Positions 1 to 8,358 of a stretch of 64,000 nucleotides of DNA are shown in pieces. The stretch comes from a virus. Where the stretch lies: the IMG/VR virus record IMGVR_UViG_3300027747_002198, positions 1-64,000 of that record; one strand, 5' to 3'. Position 1 is the first letter of the stretch; every line of letters starts with the position of its first letter. A program made the translations under genes and the position numbers. Below the pieces are notes generated by a model that was not told where the DNA came from, did no database searches, and was given only the letters and a program-made list of their open reading frames with translations.

Positions 1-567
1 CACTTTACTTCTGATTCATACGATTATTTTAAATACAATGGTAAAACGAATGTGTCAAAACAAACTTTTACCACAAATAAATCTAAATATCATTTTTATA
101 GGCTTTCTCGTAAATATCTACCAGAAGATTTAAAGAACTTCTATATTGCCAACTTTATTGAAGGTAAAGGCGATTGGGTAGGTGATTTGTTACAAGATGG
201 CCAAGATAATTACAATAAGTGGTTAAAACGGCAACAAAGCTTGACATATACTTTTGAAAATGATATAATGTATTTGTTTGATTTGGTAGATGGTGCTGAA
301 TTTTTTAGTCGTGATGACATACTAAAACCTATTGGTGGTGGTTGGCCAATGTTAATCACCAAATTAATGCAGAATAAAGTTTCCCTAGAATCAGTTTGTA
401 TATTAGTTGATTTGGTTGGTTGTATGCCACGATGGGAAAAACAAATAACAGAAGATATTATTTGGCCAACATGGCGTAGAATAATTAAAAAATATACACC
501 ATTTATACAATACGATAAGAATAAATTTTTACACATTTTAAAGAAGAAGATACATGAACAAGCCTAA
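1..567 (+). CDS. gp59: T4-like loader of DNA helicase (gp59), 5'-truncated by the window edge
   Basis: Frame 1 is open from base 1 (HFTSDSYDYFKYNGK, typical of the gp59 N-terminus); C-terminal VSLESVCIL...IKKYTPFI; lies upstream of gp32. Confidence 0.85.
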   Translation, partial: HFTSDSYDYFKYNGKTNVSKQTFTTNKSKYHFYRLSRKYLPEDLKNFYIANFIEGKGDWVGDLLQDGQDNYNKWLKRQQSLTYTFENDIMYLFDLVDGAEFFSRDDILKPIGGGWPMLITKLMQNKVSLESVCILVDLVGCMPRWEKQITEDIIWPTWRRIIKKYTPFIQYDKNKFLHILKKKIHEQA

Positions 568-1045
568 AATCACCGGTATTTACCTTGATATGGATGGTGT
601 GATTGCCGATTTTGTAAAACGATACAAAGAAATGTATCGGATGGAACCAAAAGAAGCAGAAAAGAAAAAACAATTTGATAAGTATTTTGATGAGTTTATT
701 GCTACTTCTCAATTTGCATCATTAGATTTAATGCCAGGTGCAATGGATGGAATTACATTTCTCCGTAAGTTGAATGTACCGACACAGATTCTATCTTCTA
801 CAGCAAATCAAGAAAGATACGAAGATATTTCTAATCAAAAATTAATTTGGTTACAAACTTATGGTATTACATTTAATGCTATATTTGTACCAGGGAAAGA
901 TTTGAAACAGAAATATGCAACACCAGACAAAATTATCATTGACGATACATTATCCGTTATTGAGCAATGGAACGCAGCAGGTGGTATTGGTATTCACCAC
1001 AAAAATTGGAAAGATACTTTGGCAATATTGAAATTATATGTTTGA
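554..1045 (+). CDS. HAD-superfamily 5'(3')-deoxyribonucleotidase-like phosphatase
   Basis: HAD motif I (YLDMDGVIADF), motif IV (IIIDD), C-terminal WNAAGGIGIHH typical of phage NT5C-like proteins. Confidence 0.8.
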   Translation: MNKPKITGIYLDMDGVIADFVKRYKEMYRMEPKEAEKKKQFDKYFDEFIATSQFASLDLMPGAMDGITFLRKLNVPTQILSSTANQERYEDISNQKLIWLQTYGITFNAIFVPGKDLKQKYATPDKIIIDDTLSVIEQWNAAGGIGIHHKNWKDTLAILKLYV

Positions 1046-1070
1046 CAATGCCTAAATATTATGATATACT
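1042..1070 (+). promoter_or_regulatory. Sigma70-type promoter for gp32 with extended -10; a late-promoter-like CTAAATA lies inside the spacer
   Basis: TTGACA (1042-1047), 17-nt spacer, TG-n-TATACT (1062-1070); CTAAATA at 1052-1058. Confidence 0.75.
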
Positions 1071-1134
1071 AGCAGTTGATTATGAGTAGTAATTTGACAT
1101 ATTCCGTTTATACACCGTTAATAAGGAGCAACAC

Positions 1135-2025
1135 ATGAGTTCATTCTCAAATCTCAAACGCCAATCTGGCAACCTCGACAAACTAACCAAAGCAGTTGAG
1201 GCACTCTCCCAATCATCTGAAGGTTCAGAAAAATCAGATAACTTTTGGAAACCACAAGTAGACAAAGCAGGCAATGGAATGGCAGTTCTGCGTTTTCTTC
1301 CTGCCTCAGCAGCTGATGGTGATGATGCTTTGCCATGGGTTAAAATCCATTCACATGGATTCCAAGGACCTGGCGGTTGGTTAATTGATAATTGCTTAAC
1401 TAGCAAGAATCAACAATGTCCTGTATGCGAACACAATTCTGCATTATGGAATTCAGGCATCGAAGCGAATAAAGATATTGTTCGCAAACAAAAGCGTAAG
1501 CTAAATTACATTGCTAACGTATATGTTGTATCGGATCCTTCCAATCGTGATAACGAAGGCAAGGTATTCTTGTACAAATTTGGTAAGAAAATCTTTGATA
1601 AGATTACCGAAGCAATGAACCCACAATTTGAAGATGAACAAGCAATCAATCCATTTGATTTGTGGAAAGGTGCTAACTTCAAGTTAAAGATTCGTAAAGT
1701 TGATGGTTATCAAAATTACGATAAGTCCGAGTTCGATTCTTCTGCACCATTATCTTCTGATGATGACGAGTTGGAAAAGATTTGGAAATCTGAGTATTCT
1801 CTAAATGATTTATTGAGTGATAAAGAATTTAAATCTTACGATGTTCTCAAAGCACGTTTAGATAAAGTTCTTGGTTTGAATGGTGAAGCACCAAAGACCA
1901 CAGTTGAAAAGGCAAAGGCAGAAGCATTTTCTGCACCTAAGAAAGCGGTAGTTGAAGATGTAGAACCAAGTTTGGCTGAAGATGATGATATGGCTTATTT
2001 TGCTAAGCTAGCTGAAGAAGATTAA
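1135..2025 (+). CDS. gp32: Single-stranded DNA-binding protein gp32
   Basis: DKAGNGMAVLRFLP, HGFQGPGGW..NC..CPVCEHN zinc site, NYDKSEF, acidic tail YFAKLAEED; SD AAGGAG upstream. Confidence 0.95.
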   Translation: MSSFSNLKRQSGNLDKLTKAVEALSQSSEGSEKSDNFWKPQVDKAGNGMAVLRFLPASAADGDDALPWVKIHSHGFQGPGGWLIDNCLTSKNQQCPVCEHNSALWNSGIEANKDIVRKQKRKLNYIANVYVVSDPSNRDNEGKVFLYKFGKKIFDKITEAMNPQFEDEQAINPFDLWKGANFKLKIRKVDGYQNYDKSEFDSSAPLSSDDDELEKIWKSEYSLNDLLSDKEFKSYDVLKARLDKVLGLNGEAPKTTVEKAKAEAFSAPKKAVVEDVEPSLAEDDDMAYFAKLAEED

Positions 2026-2047
2026 TTCTTCTAAATAGTAGTAACAC

Positions 2048-2090
2048 ACCCACCATGCCTCTTAATAATGCACACTTTGGTGGGTTTTTT
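2048..2090 (+). terminator. Intrinsic terminator-like hairpin with an unusually large 22-nt loop, between convergent genes
   Basis: ACCCACCA (2048-2055) pairs with TGGTGGGT (2078-2085), followed by a T-run. Confidence 0.6.
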
Positions 2091-2095
2091 ATTGG

Positions 2096-3295
2096 TTAAA
2101 CAACTCTCGTATTGTTGTATATCATTCGAATAAAAGTTTCTTCTTGATTACGAACAGCAGGAAGTTTTCCTGTAATTGCTTGTTGTTTCAATGCAGTATT
2201 TGTGGCAGCATTATTTACAACTGCACCAGCAACCTGACTAATTTTTTCATCTAATTTATCGAACACATTTTCTTTTGTTGCTTGAGTCATTTTTTGACCA
2301 ATATTGGCACTAATATCCGGTGTGGCCATGGCAGCAGGAGGCGGAGTTGCTGAAGTTGCTGGAGTTGCCGGAGCAGGTGATGAAGTCGGCGCAGAAGCAG
2401 GTGTTACAGGCGAGGCTGTAGGTGTTGAAGCAGGCGATGAAGAAGAAGTCGTAGCTTCTTGCCTCTCTTTTAGTGTTTTTCCTGTTTTAGGATCAAAACC
2501 TACAGACTTCAAATATTCTTCTTCTTCTTTTCCTTGTTTACCAAATTCATACCAAGATGATTTAATTTTTCCTTCATCATGTGCTTGACGAAGTAAGGTG
2601 GCTCTCTTTGATGCAACTTCATCAGCTTGAGCTTCTGTGATTGCTTTACCCTCCGTGGAAAGATCCGCTGCACCTTGAACTTTTGATGCTTCTGCATGAG
2701 CTTCTTTGGAAGCCGCAATCATTAATGCCCCAAGACTGGTGGCAAGCAAGATAGCACCGCCTACAGGACCCATAAAAAATCCTGCAACTCGACCTAATAT
2801 ACTCAATGCTGATAAAGCTCCACTACCAAGCCCAAAAACATCTAAAAGTTTGTCTATAAAGCTTTTTTCTTCTTCTTTCTGTTCAACAGCTGTAGGATTA
2901 TCTTTTTTATCTTTTGCTTCTTTTAAGGCATCAAGAAGTTCTTTATCTTTTCTTTCTTTATCTTCTTTAATTCCTTCTTCAAAATTTTTAGATTTTTCTG
3001 ATTGTAACTTATCATCATCATAAGATTTTTGCATAAGGGTTAATATTTTTTTCAAAATATCAACAACATCATTATCGGGAGAAGTTAAGGGATCAATTTT
3101 TGTTGCTTTTGCACCAGTTTCTTTAGTTTTACCTTTTTCTTTTTTAGATTTGCCAACTACTTTTTCTAAAATTTTAAGTTCTTTGTACAGATTAAAATTG
3201 GTTAAAAATATAGCCAATTTTTCCATATTCTCAGGATCAAATTTTTCTTCTAGTATTTTTATAACTTTTTCAGTTTCTTTACTAATTTCTGGCAT
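2096..3295 (-). CDS. Tape-measure/baseplate-hub-like protein (coiled coil, hydrophobic segment, Pro/Ala/Thr linker)
   Basis: Lies downstream of gp26/gp51; K/E-rich helices, Gly-rich hydrophobic stretch (GLGSGALSALSILGRVAGFFMGPVGGAILLATSLGALMIAA), C-terminal VVNN...VRNQEETF. Confidence 0.5.
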   Translation of the reverse strand: MPEISKETEKVIKILEEKFDPENMEKLAIFLTNFNLYKELKILEKVVGKSKKEKGKTKETGAKATKIDPLTSPDNDVVDILKKILTLMQKSYDDDKLQSEKSKNFEEGIKEDKERKDKELLDALKEAKDKKDNPTAVEQKEEEKSFIDKLLDVFGLGSGALSALSILGRVAGFFMGPVGGAILLATSLGALMIAASKEAHAEASKVQGAADLSTEGKAITEAQADEVASKRATLLRQAHDEGKIKSSWYEFGKQGKEEEEYLKSVGFDPKTGKTLKERQEATTSSSSPASTPTASPVTPASAPTSSPAPATPATSATPPPAAMATPDISANIGQKMTQATKENVFDKLDEKISQVAGAVVNNAATNTALKQQAITGKLPAVRNQEETFIRMIYNNTRVV

Positions 3296-3296
3296 T

Positions 3297-4694
3297 TTAT
3301 CCTAATAACTTTCTTAAATATATCGGGCGGTCATCAACCTTTTCTTCTTTTTGTGCAACCGCTTTATTTCCCATTTGAGTATTTGTTGTGGTACTATTAT
3401 TTACAACAGTTGGAGCTTTGGTGGTTTTCAATTCATCTTTAAGTGTGTCATTTGTTTTGGATACAGAAGCTACTTGTGAAGAAGGGGGTGTAGACGGAAC
3501 AGGAACAGTTTTTTGTGTGGTCTCTTGTGCAACCGAAGAAGTTCCCGATTTAGTTATAGACGAATCATTTAAAAAAGATTGAAAATATTTTTGTCTATCG
3601 TCTAAACCAATATAACCGCCGTTTACAAACTTAGTTACACCTTTAATATCGTCCCAACTACCTTTAAATCCAGCCATATATCTAATAGCGGTATCAGCAG
3701 CTTGTTTTATATTTGATACGTTATCTGGATTACCGGCAACGCCAAATTTTGTATAATTTTGTTTACCTGTTAATTGAATAAAACCTCGACCTCTAAATTT
3801 AAAACCTTCACCAGAACCTTCAGGCGCATTACCCATTCTACCACCATAAATTCGTTCTGCCACAGACTCAGGACCTCCAGCTGCCACTCTTTGTGCATCT
3901 TCTGGTGAACTAAATTTTTTAGGAAATAATTTTAATAGTGTAGGAGCTTTGTAATTAAGATTTTCACTCAATATCGAAAAACCTCCCGATTCATGAGCAA
4001 CTTGAGCCATAATGGCAGCTCGTTGTGTAACATCAGTAATTTTGGCATCATCCATGGCTTTTATCATGGCATTTTTACCTTGTTCAGATGTTACTTTGAC
4101 AGGTTTGCTTTCAGCTACTGCTTCTTTTTTTTCTAGTTTTACTGTAGGTGGTGGTTGTACTTGCTTTTGTGCTTCAACTCTAGTTGGTTCTTTAATCTCA
4201 GGATGTGGTCCTTCTTTTACAGATGGAACTGGAGCTGGTTCAGCTGCTTTTTTGGCAGCCGCTTCTTCTTTGTTTTTACCCGATACAGCCATACCCAATA
4301 CCATGGCGCCCGCACCAGCTTCAAGTATATTGCCGTCTAAACCTTTTTTAGGTTTCTTTTTTGGTTTTGGCTTTTCTTTTTTCTTTTTTGGTCCTCGTAT
4401 TGCTTCAACCAATTTTTTTGTTTTATTTTCTTCTTCTTCTTGTGTTTCTTCTTTTAAATTATTAGCAAGTTCTCTGCGCTTTAATTCATTAGCACGCATT
4501 TTGACCATAAGGTCATAAATTTTACCTAAGATTTGTACCGATTCACTGGAGAATTGAGAAGTGCCAAGGCTTTCAGGCGCTAGAGATTTTTTCATACCAG
4601 AAACTTTTGCTTTGGTTTCTGGAGAGACCGTTTTTTCAGAAGAAGAACCCGTTGAAAGTTTATCTTTCACCGAGGAAGAAATTTTAGATTTCAT
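3297..4694 (-). CDS. Tape-measure-like virion protein with a glycoside hydrolase family 19 (chitinase/endolysin-like) domain
   Basis: GH19 motifs AQVAHESGGF, ENLNY, YGGRMGN, FRGRGFIQLTGKQNY, TKFVNGG..GLDDR; immediately downstream of gp51. Confidence 0.75.
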   Translation of the reverse strand: MKSKISSSVKDKLSTGSSSEKTVSPETKAKVSGMKKSLAPESLGTSQFSSESVQILGKIYDLMVKMRANELKRRELANNLKEETQEEEENKTKKLVEAIRGPKKKKEKPKPKKKPKKGLDGNILEAGAGAMVLGMAVSGKNKEEAAAKKAAEPAPVPSVKEGPHPEIKEPTRVEAQKQVQPPPTVKLEKKEAVAESKPVKVTSEQGKNAMIKAMDDAKITDVTQRAAIMAQVAHESGGFSILSENLNYKAPTLLKLFPKKFSSPEDAQRVAAGGPESVAERIYGGRMGNAPEGSGEGFKFRGRGFIQLTGKQNYTKFGVAGNPDNVSNIKQAADTAIRYMAGFKGSWDDIKGVTKFVNGGYIGLDDRQKYFQSFLNDSSITKSGTSSVAQETTQKTVPVPSTPPSSQVASVSKTNDTLKDELKTTKAPTVVNNSTTTNTQMGNKAVAQKEEKVDDRPIYLRKLLG

Positions 4695-4829
4695 TTACCT
4701 TTTCTTTTGTCTTTCTTTTATGCGAGCATTTTCTTCTTCAACATATTGAATGAGGAGCGTGATGTAGATATCACGTTCCCAAGGTAGCATATTTTCAAGT
4801 TCAGTTAGACTATACTTATGGTGTTGCAT
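4695..4829 (-). CDS. gp51: Baseplate hub assembly catalyst gp51 (44 aa from ATG; probably the -1 frameshift extension of gp26)
   Basis: Absent from the ORF track; manual translation MQHHKYSLTELENMLPWERDIYITLLIQYVEEENARIKERQKKR is typical of gp51-like proteins; the frame stays open upstream to the gp26 stop region. Confidence 0.8.
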   Translation of the reverse strand: MQHHKYSLTELENMLPWERDIYITLLIQYVEEENARIKERQKKR

Positions 4830-4879
4830 CAAAGAAAAGTTAGTCTTATAGTAATTCTGCAAATTGTCATGACGAAATG

Positions 4880-5599
4880 TTAGCCGAAAAAACTTTCAAG
4901 TCCTTCGACATCAATAGTGTGGTGAAAACCACACTTGCTACAATCAATCTCAATAGTTTCTTTTAACTGTGGTAGATTATTAAAAAATTCTTCAACTTTA
5001 CTAAACTGTTGCTGGTTCATTGATTCTACAAACTCTAACATTTCACCTGGTTGTGCTTCATGGTCATAGTAAAATTGTTCACCATCGTAAATGTATTCAA
5101 TACTTTCAGCAATCATGTTAAAAGTGATATCATTTAAATTTTCATATTTAAACGAATCTTTAACAACACCAAATTCTGGATACTTCATTTTGATTACAAT
5201 TTTATCACTTAATTGAATCTCAGGATTATTTTCGTTAGTTTGTACTTTAATATCTAAAAGATTAACTTCTTTTTCCATGATATTATTACAAGTTTTTCCG
5301 TCAACTTCATTGTTGCAACGGTAACGACTTTCAACAACCTCACCTACAGACTTAGCACGAAGGTGAATAAAGTAATATTCAATATCAATGATAGGCAATT
5401 TTTCAACATCAATGCCTTCTGTCAAAGTGCAATTATAAAGAATATCTTTAATACACTCGTGTATTGTGCTGGATTCTTTTGATTCCATTGCCATCAACAG
5501 GTTCTTCTGTTCTTTGACAAGGAACGGTCTAAATTTTACTTTCTTTTTTGAAAGCGGCAGTTCAACTTCATAAGTTGGCACATCAAGTTTTGGTAACAT
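4880..5599 (-). CDS. gp26: Baseplate hub assembly chaperone gp26
   Basis: MLPKLDVPTYEVELP, FRPFLVKEQK, LRAKSVGE, Cys pairs including CSKC, C-terminal GLESFF. Confidence 0.9.
   Translation of the reverse strand: MLPKLDVPTYEVELPLSKKKVKFRPFLVKEQKNLLMAMESKESSTIHECIKDILYNCTLTEGIDVEKLPIIDIEYYFIHLRAKSVGEVVESRYRCNNEVDGKTCNNIMEKEVNLLDIKVQTNENNPEIQLSDKIVIKMKYPEFGVVKDSFKYENLNDITFNMIAESIEYIYDGEQFYYDHEAQPGEMLEFVESMNQQQFSKVEEFFNNLPQLKETIEIDCSKCGFHHTIDVEGLESFFG
4886..4892 (-). other. Candidate -1 programmed ribosomal frameshift site T TTT TTC at the 3' end of gp26
   Basis: Minus strand reads GAA AGT TTT TTC GGC TAA; the -1 frame reads without a stop into gp51. Confidence 0.65.
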
Positions 5600-5629
5600 A
5601 TTTTCCTCACATTCATTTACAACGGGTTG

Positions 5630-5637
5630 TATTTATC
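5630..5637 (-). promoter_or_regulatory. T4-type late promoter for gp26
   Basis: GATAAATA on the minus strand overlapping the gp54 stop; SD GAGG upstream of the gp26 ATG. Confidence 0.55.
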
Positions 5638-6319
5638 ACTCAAATAAATTATTAAAATCAACATTCTGTACTGCATCAGGTAAACTGTTAATTGCTGAAC
5701 CGAGTGCGCCAGCACCGCTACCACCTAAACCACCAATCATACTTGAAATAGATGCCAAACCAGCATCGACAAGTTCCATACCAAGTGCTTGTAGAGAATT
5801 GTTTTTCCATTCAGTATAAGCAAAAGTTACATTTAATTTAACGTATCCGTCAGCACTCCAATCCAAATCCACCTGATTCATTGAAACTGGATAAGCGTCA
5901 ATCAAATCAACAGAATAAGATAATTCACCTTGCGAATTATATTGATTAACGGTAATTGTGGTAACATAATCACCTTTGTACCTGAAATTATAGTTGTAAT
6001 TTGGATTGATAAAGTTCAACCATGCATCAAAAAAGACTTTCTGGCTCATATCACTATCTATGATAAAAGACAAATCTATATCAGTATAAGATGTTTTGTA
6101 TGGATATTTTTCAACAGGATTAGAACCTATTTTTTGATCAAGTGTTTCAAATGTTCTACCGGGTAGTTGTGCATTTTCACAACGATAAGTTAAACTTTTT
6201 GCAGAGTTAACATAAGGTATCAATGTCAAAGGTACAGGAATGCTCACATCAAATCGATTCGGCCTTGCTGGATCGACTTTAAAATTTGATCTAAATTGAG
6301 ATATATCTCCTGCTGCCAT
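5636..6319 (-). CDS. gp54: Baseplate tail-tube initiator (gp54-like, gp19 fold)
   Basis: ARPNRFDV, CENAQLPG, FFDAW, DAYPVSM..VDLDW, LNVTFAY tube-fold motifs; the true gp19 is elsewhere (60317). Confidence 0.7.
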   Translation of the reverse strand: MAAGDISQFRSNFKVDPARPNRFDVSIPVPLTLIPYVNSAKSLTYRCENAQLPGRTFETLDQKIGSNPVEKYPYKTSYTDIDLSFIIDSDMSQKVFFDAWLNFINPNYNYNFRYKGDYVTTITVNQYNSQGELSYSVDLIDAYPVSMNQVDLDWSADGYVKLNVTFAYTEWKNNSLQALGMELVDAGLASISSMIGGLGGSGAGALGSAINSLPDAVQNVDFNNLFE

Positions 6320-6329
6320 TTACTTTTCC

Positions 6330-6929
6330 TTAATTTTTCTTAATTTCGTCTATTGAATCTTGCCAAACTTCTTGCGGTTTAGCGCCCTTAAATAGTTGCA
6401 TAGGTAAGAATATTGCCACATCCCACTCATTTGGTTGAATGGTAAGTATTTTTGATTTTGTGTGGTTATACAAGTATCTTTTAATACATGGTTTAAACTC
6501 ACGGAAGCGTCTGGAGGCGTTCAAAATGTCGTAAGTGATACGAATACGTTTGACTTCATCCTCATCGTTTAGGACTGCGTAATCCAAGAGTTTGTCTAAG
6601 AATGCCACTCTATACTTAATTGGCAAATAATGAAGATTTAACCCAAGAAAACCGTCATTATATTTCTCCAGTACCAATACCAAAGGAAAACGATCATAAT
6701 AAGGCAAATCTGCCTTTCCTTTAGGATCGTAATAAAAGCAATATAATCCACCCAGCATTAATCGATTTGTTTTTCGAATGGCTGCTTCACGAGCAACACC
6801 AAGCGGAATTTGTGATGGATTTTTCAAGTCAGCAATTTTCTGGCCCAACCATCTATACGCATCTCTGGATAAAGATTGTATTTGAGCTGCCGTTTTTTGC
6901 TGAGTAATTTTTGTAAGTTTAGATGCCAT
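6330..6929 (-). CDS. gp2: DNA end protector protein gp2
   Basis: FYYDPKGK..LPYYDRFPL, GFLGLNLHYLP, KPCIKRYL. Confidence 0.9.
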   Translation of the reverse strand: MASKLTKITQQKTAAQIQSLSRDAYRWLGQKIADLKNPSQIPLGVAREAAIRKTNRLMLGGLYCFYYDPKGKADLPYYDRFPLVLVLEKYNDGFLGLNLHYLPIKYRVAFLDKLLDYAVLNDEDEVKRIRITYDILNASRRFREFKPCIKRYLYNHTKSKILTIQPNEWDVAIFLPMQLFKGAKPQEVWQDSIDEIKKN

Positions 6930-6935
6930 AATGGT

Positions 6936-6942
6936 TATTTAG
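6936..6942 (-). promoter_or_regulatory. Late promoter-like CTAAATA 6 nt upstream of the gp2 ATG
   Basis: Minus strand reads CTAAATA-ACCATT-ATG. Confidence 0.5.
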
Positions 6943-6943
6943 T

Positions 6944-7378
6944 TCAGAGTCCTAGATGTTCTTCTGTAAGTATCTTAAACTCCCAACTACGGTCAAGGCA
7001 ATACTCGGTAGCATATTTCCATTTGGCCTGATTGACACTCCATGTTACTACCTCATTTATATATTGTCTAGTAACACGCTTTTTCTGTTGTGGTTCTTGA
7101 GTTTGGTGCTTTGGTTTAACTTCTATCATCATTGTTTTGGTTTTACCATCTTTGGTTTTAACCTTAACAACAAAATCAGGAAAGTAACGATGCCATTTAT
7201 TATCAACAGGAGAAATATAAGGAACAATGATTTCTTCTGAACCCCAAGAAATGATATCGGGATTTTTGTCGAGCCAATTCATTACCCTTGCTTCCCAGCT
7301 TGAGCGGTAGATGATATTTTTATAATCCCCAACGTATTTGTGTGGATTTGATGGTGTAAATCGTCCTGAATATGCCAT
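6944..7378 (-). CDS. gp4: Head completion nuclease gp4 (TnsA-like)
   Basis: YSGRFTPSNPHKY, YRSSWE, WGSEE, HRYFPDF, IEVKP, VNQAKW. Confidence 0.92.
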   Translation of the reverse strand: MAYSGRFTPSNPHKYVGDYKNIIYRSSWEARVMNWLDKNPDIISWGSEEIIVPYISPVDNKWHRYFPDFVVKVKTKDGKTKTMMIEVKPKHQTQEPQQKKRVTRQYINEVVTWSVNQAKWKYATEYCLDRSWEFKILTEEHLGL

Positions 7379-7392
7379 AAATAGTATGTATA
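7376..7392. promoter_or_regulatory. Interdigitated divergent late promoters (gp48 on +, gp4 on -)
   Basis: + strand CATAAATA at 7376-7383; - strand TATACATA at 7392-7385; the intergenic gap is only 36 bp. Confidence 0.55.
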
Positions 7393-7414
7393 TCTCTTTT
7401 TAAAAAGGTTTCAA

Positions 7415-8356
7415 ATGGCTATTATTTCTATACCAAGTTCTATTGGTGGAGTATCTATACCTGGAGCACTCATAAACGGTCCTTTGGGTGCGTTATTTGG
7501 AAATAAATTTAATGTTGATAATTTAAAATACCCAAGAGATTTGGAATCGGCAACAAGAGGTCATGTAGTTAAATTTTCTATCAATGAAATTCAACCTATT
7601 GGATATCAAGAAGGCAAAGAATATTCACTATCTTCAGTTGGTAACGGACTTTTAGACGCCGGAACAAATGCTATTAAAAGTTTTCTTGGTTCAGGAGCGG
7701 CTGATGATGGAGAAATACAATTTAACCTAACATTAGAGCCAAGAAAAAAGAAGTTGGCCGCAACAATATCTCTGTACATGCCGGATACAGTTAACTTTAC
7801 ATATGATGCCACTTATAATGATCAAAATTTAACTGACGCCATTTCATCAGCCGCAACAGCATTACCTGGATCATTAGGTAATGCTGGTAAAATGGTTACT
7901 GGTGCAATAGAGTCTGGTGCAGGTAAACTACTATTGAAATCTCAAGGATTGGCAGTAAACCCAAACCAACAGTTATTGTTTGATGGCATACAACTTAGAA
8001 CTTATCAATTAGCTTTTACTTTTACGCCATATTCAAAACAAGAAGCAGATACAGTTAATAAAATTATAAAAACATTTAAATTATACTCACGACCAAGAAC
8101 TGTAACAGGTGCAGGTGGTATGTTGTTTATACCTCCAGCAACATTTGATTTAGATTTTTTATTTAATGGTACACCAAACAAATACATTAACAAAGTTGCT
8201 GAAAGTGTAATTACTAATATTGATGTTAATTATGCACCAGACGGATGGGCTGCACACAGCGATGGTTCTCCTGTTCAAACACAAGTAACTTTACAATTTA
8301 AAGAACTTTACCTTGTTGATAGAGATGGTACTACTGGCGTATCTAAAGGATATTAA
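7415..8356 (+). CDS. gp48: Baseplate tail-tube cap gp48
   Basis: LKYPRDL, ISLYMPD, NPNQQLLFDG...FTFTPYS..EA, TNIDVNYAPDG, LQFKEL. Confidence 0.85.
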   Translation: MAIISIPSSIGGVSIPGALINGPLGALFGNKFNVDNLKYPRDLESATRGHVVKFSINEIQPIGYQEGKEYSLSSVGNGLLDAGTNAIKSFLGSGAADDGEIQFNLTLEPRKKKLAATISLYMPDTVNFTYDATYNDQNLTDAISSAATALPGSLGNAGKMVTGAIESGAGKLLLKSQGLAVNPNQQLLFDGIQLRTYQLAFTFTPYSKQEADTVNKIIKTFKLYSRPRTVTGAGGMLFIPPATFDLDFLFNGTPNKYINKVAESVITNIDVNYAPDGWAAHSDGSPVQTQVTLQFKELYLVDRDGTTGVSKGY

Positions 8357-8358
8357 TC

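Noticed and set aside
1094-1122. Second TTGACA in the gp32 leader as another promoter
   Set aside because: The -10 at 17-nt spacing (GTTAAT) lacks the key T and A positions
2304-4749. Plus-strand ORFs opposite the tape-measure-like genes, and the many other short antisense or nested ORFs in the track
   Set aside because: Shadows of biased codon usage in real genes; no RBS, motifs or operon context
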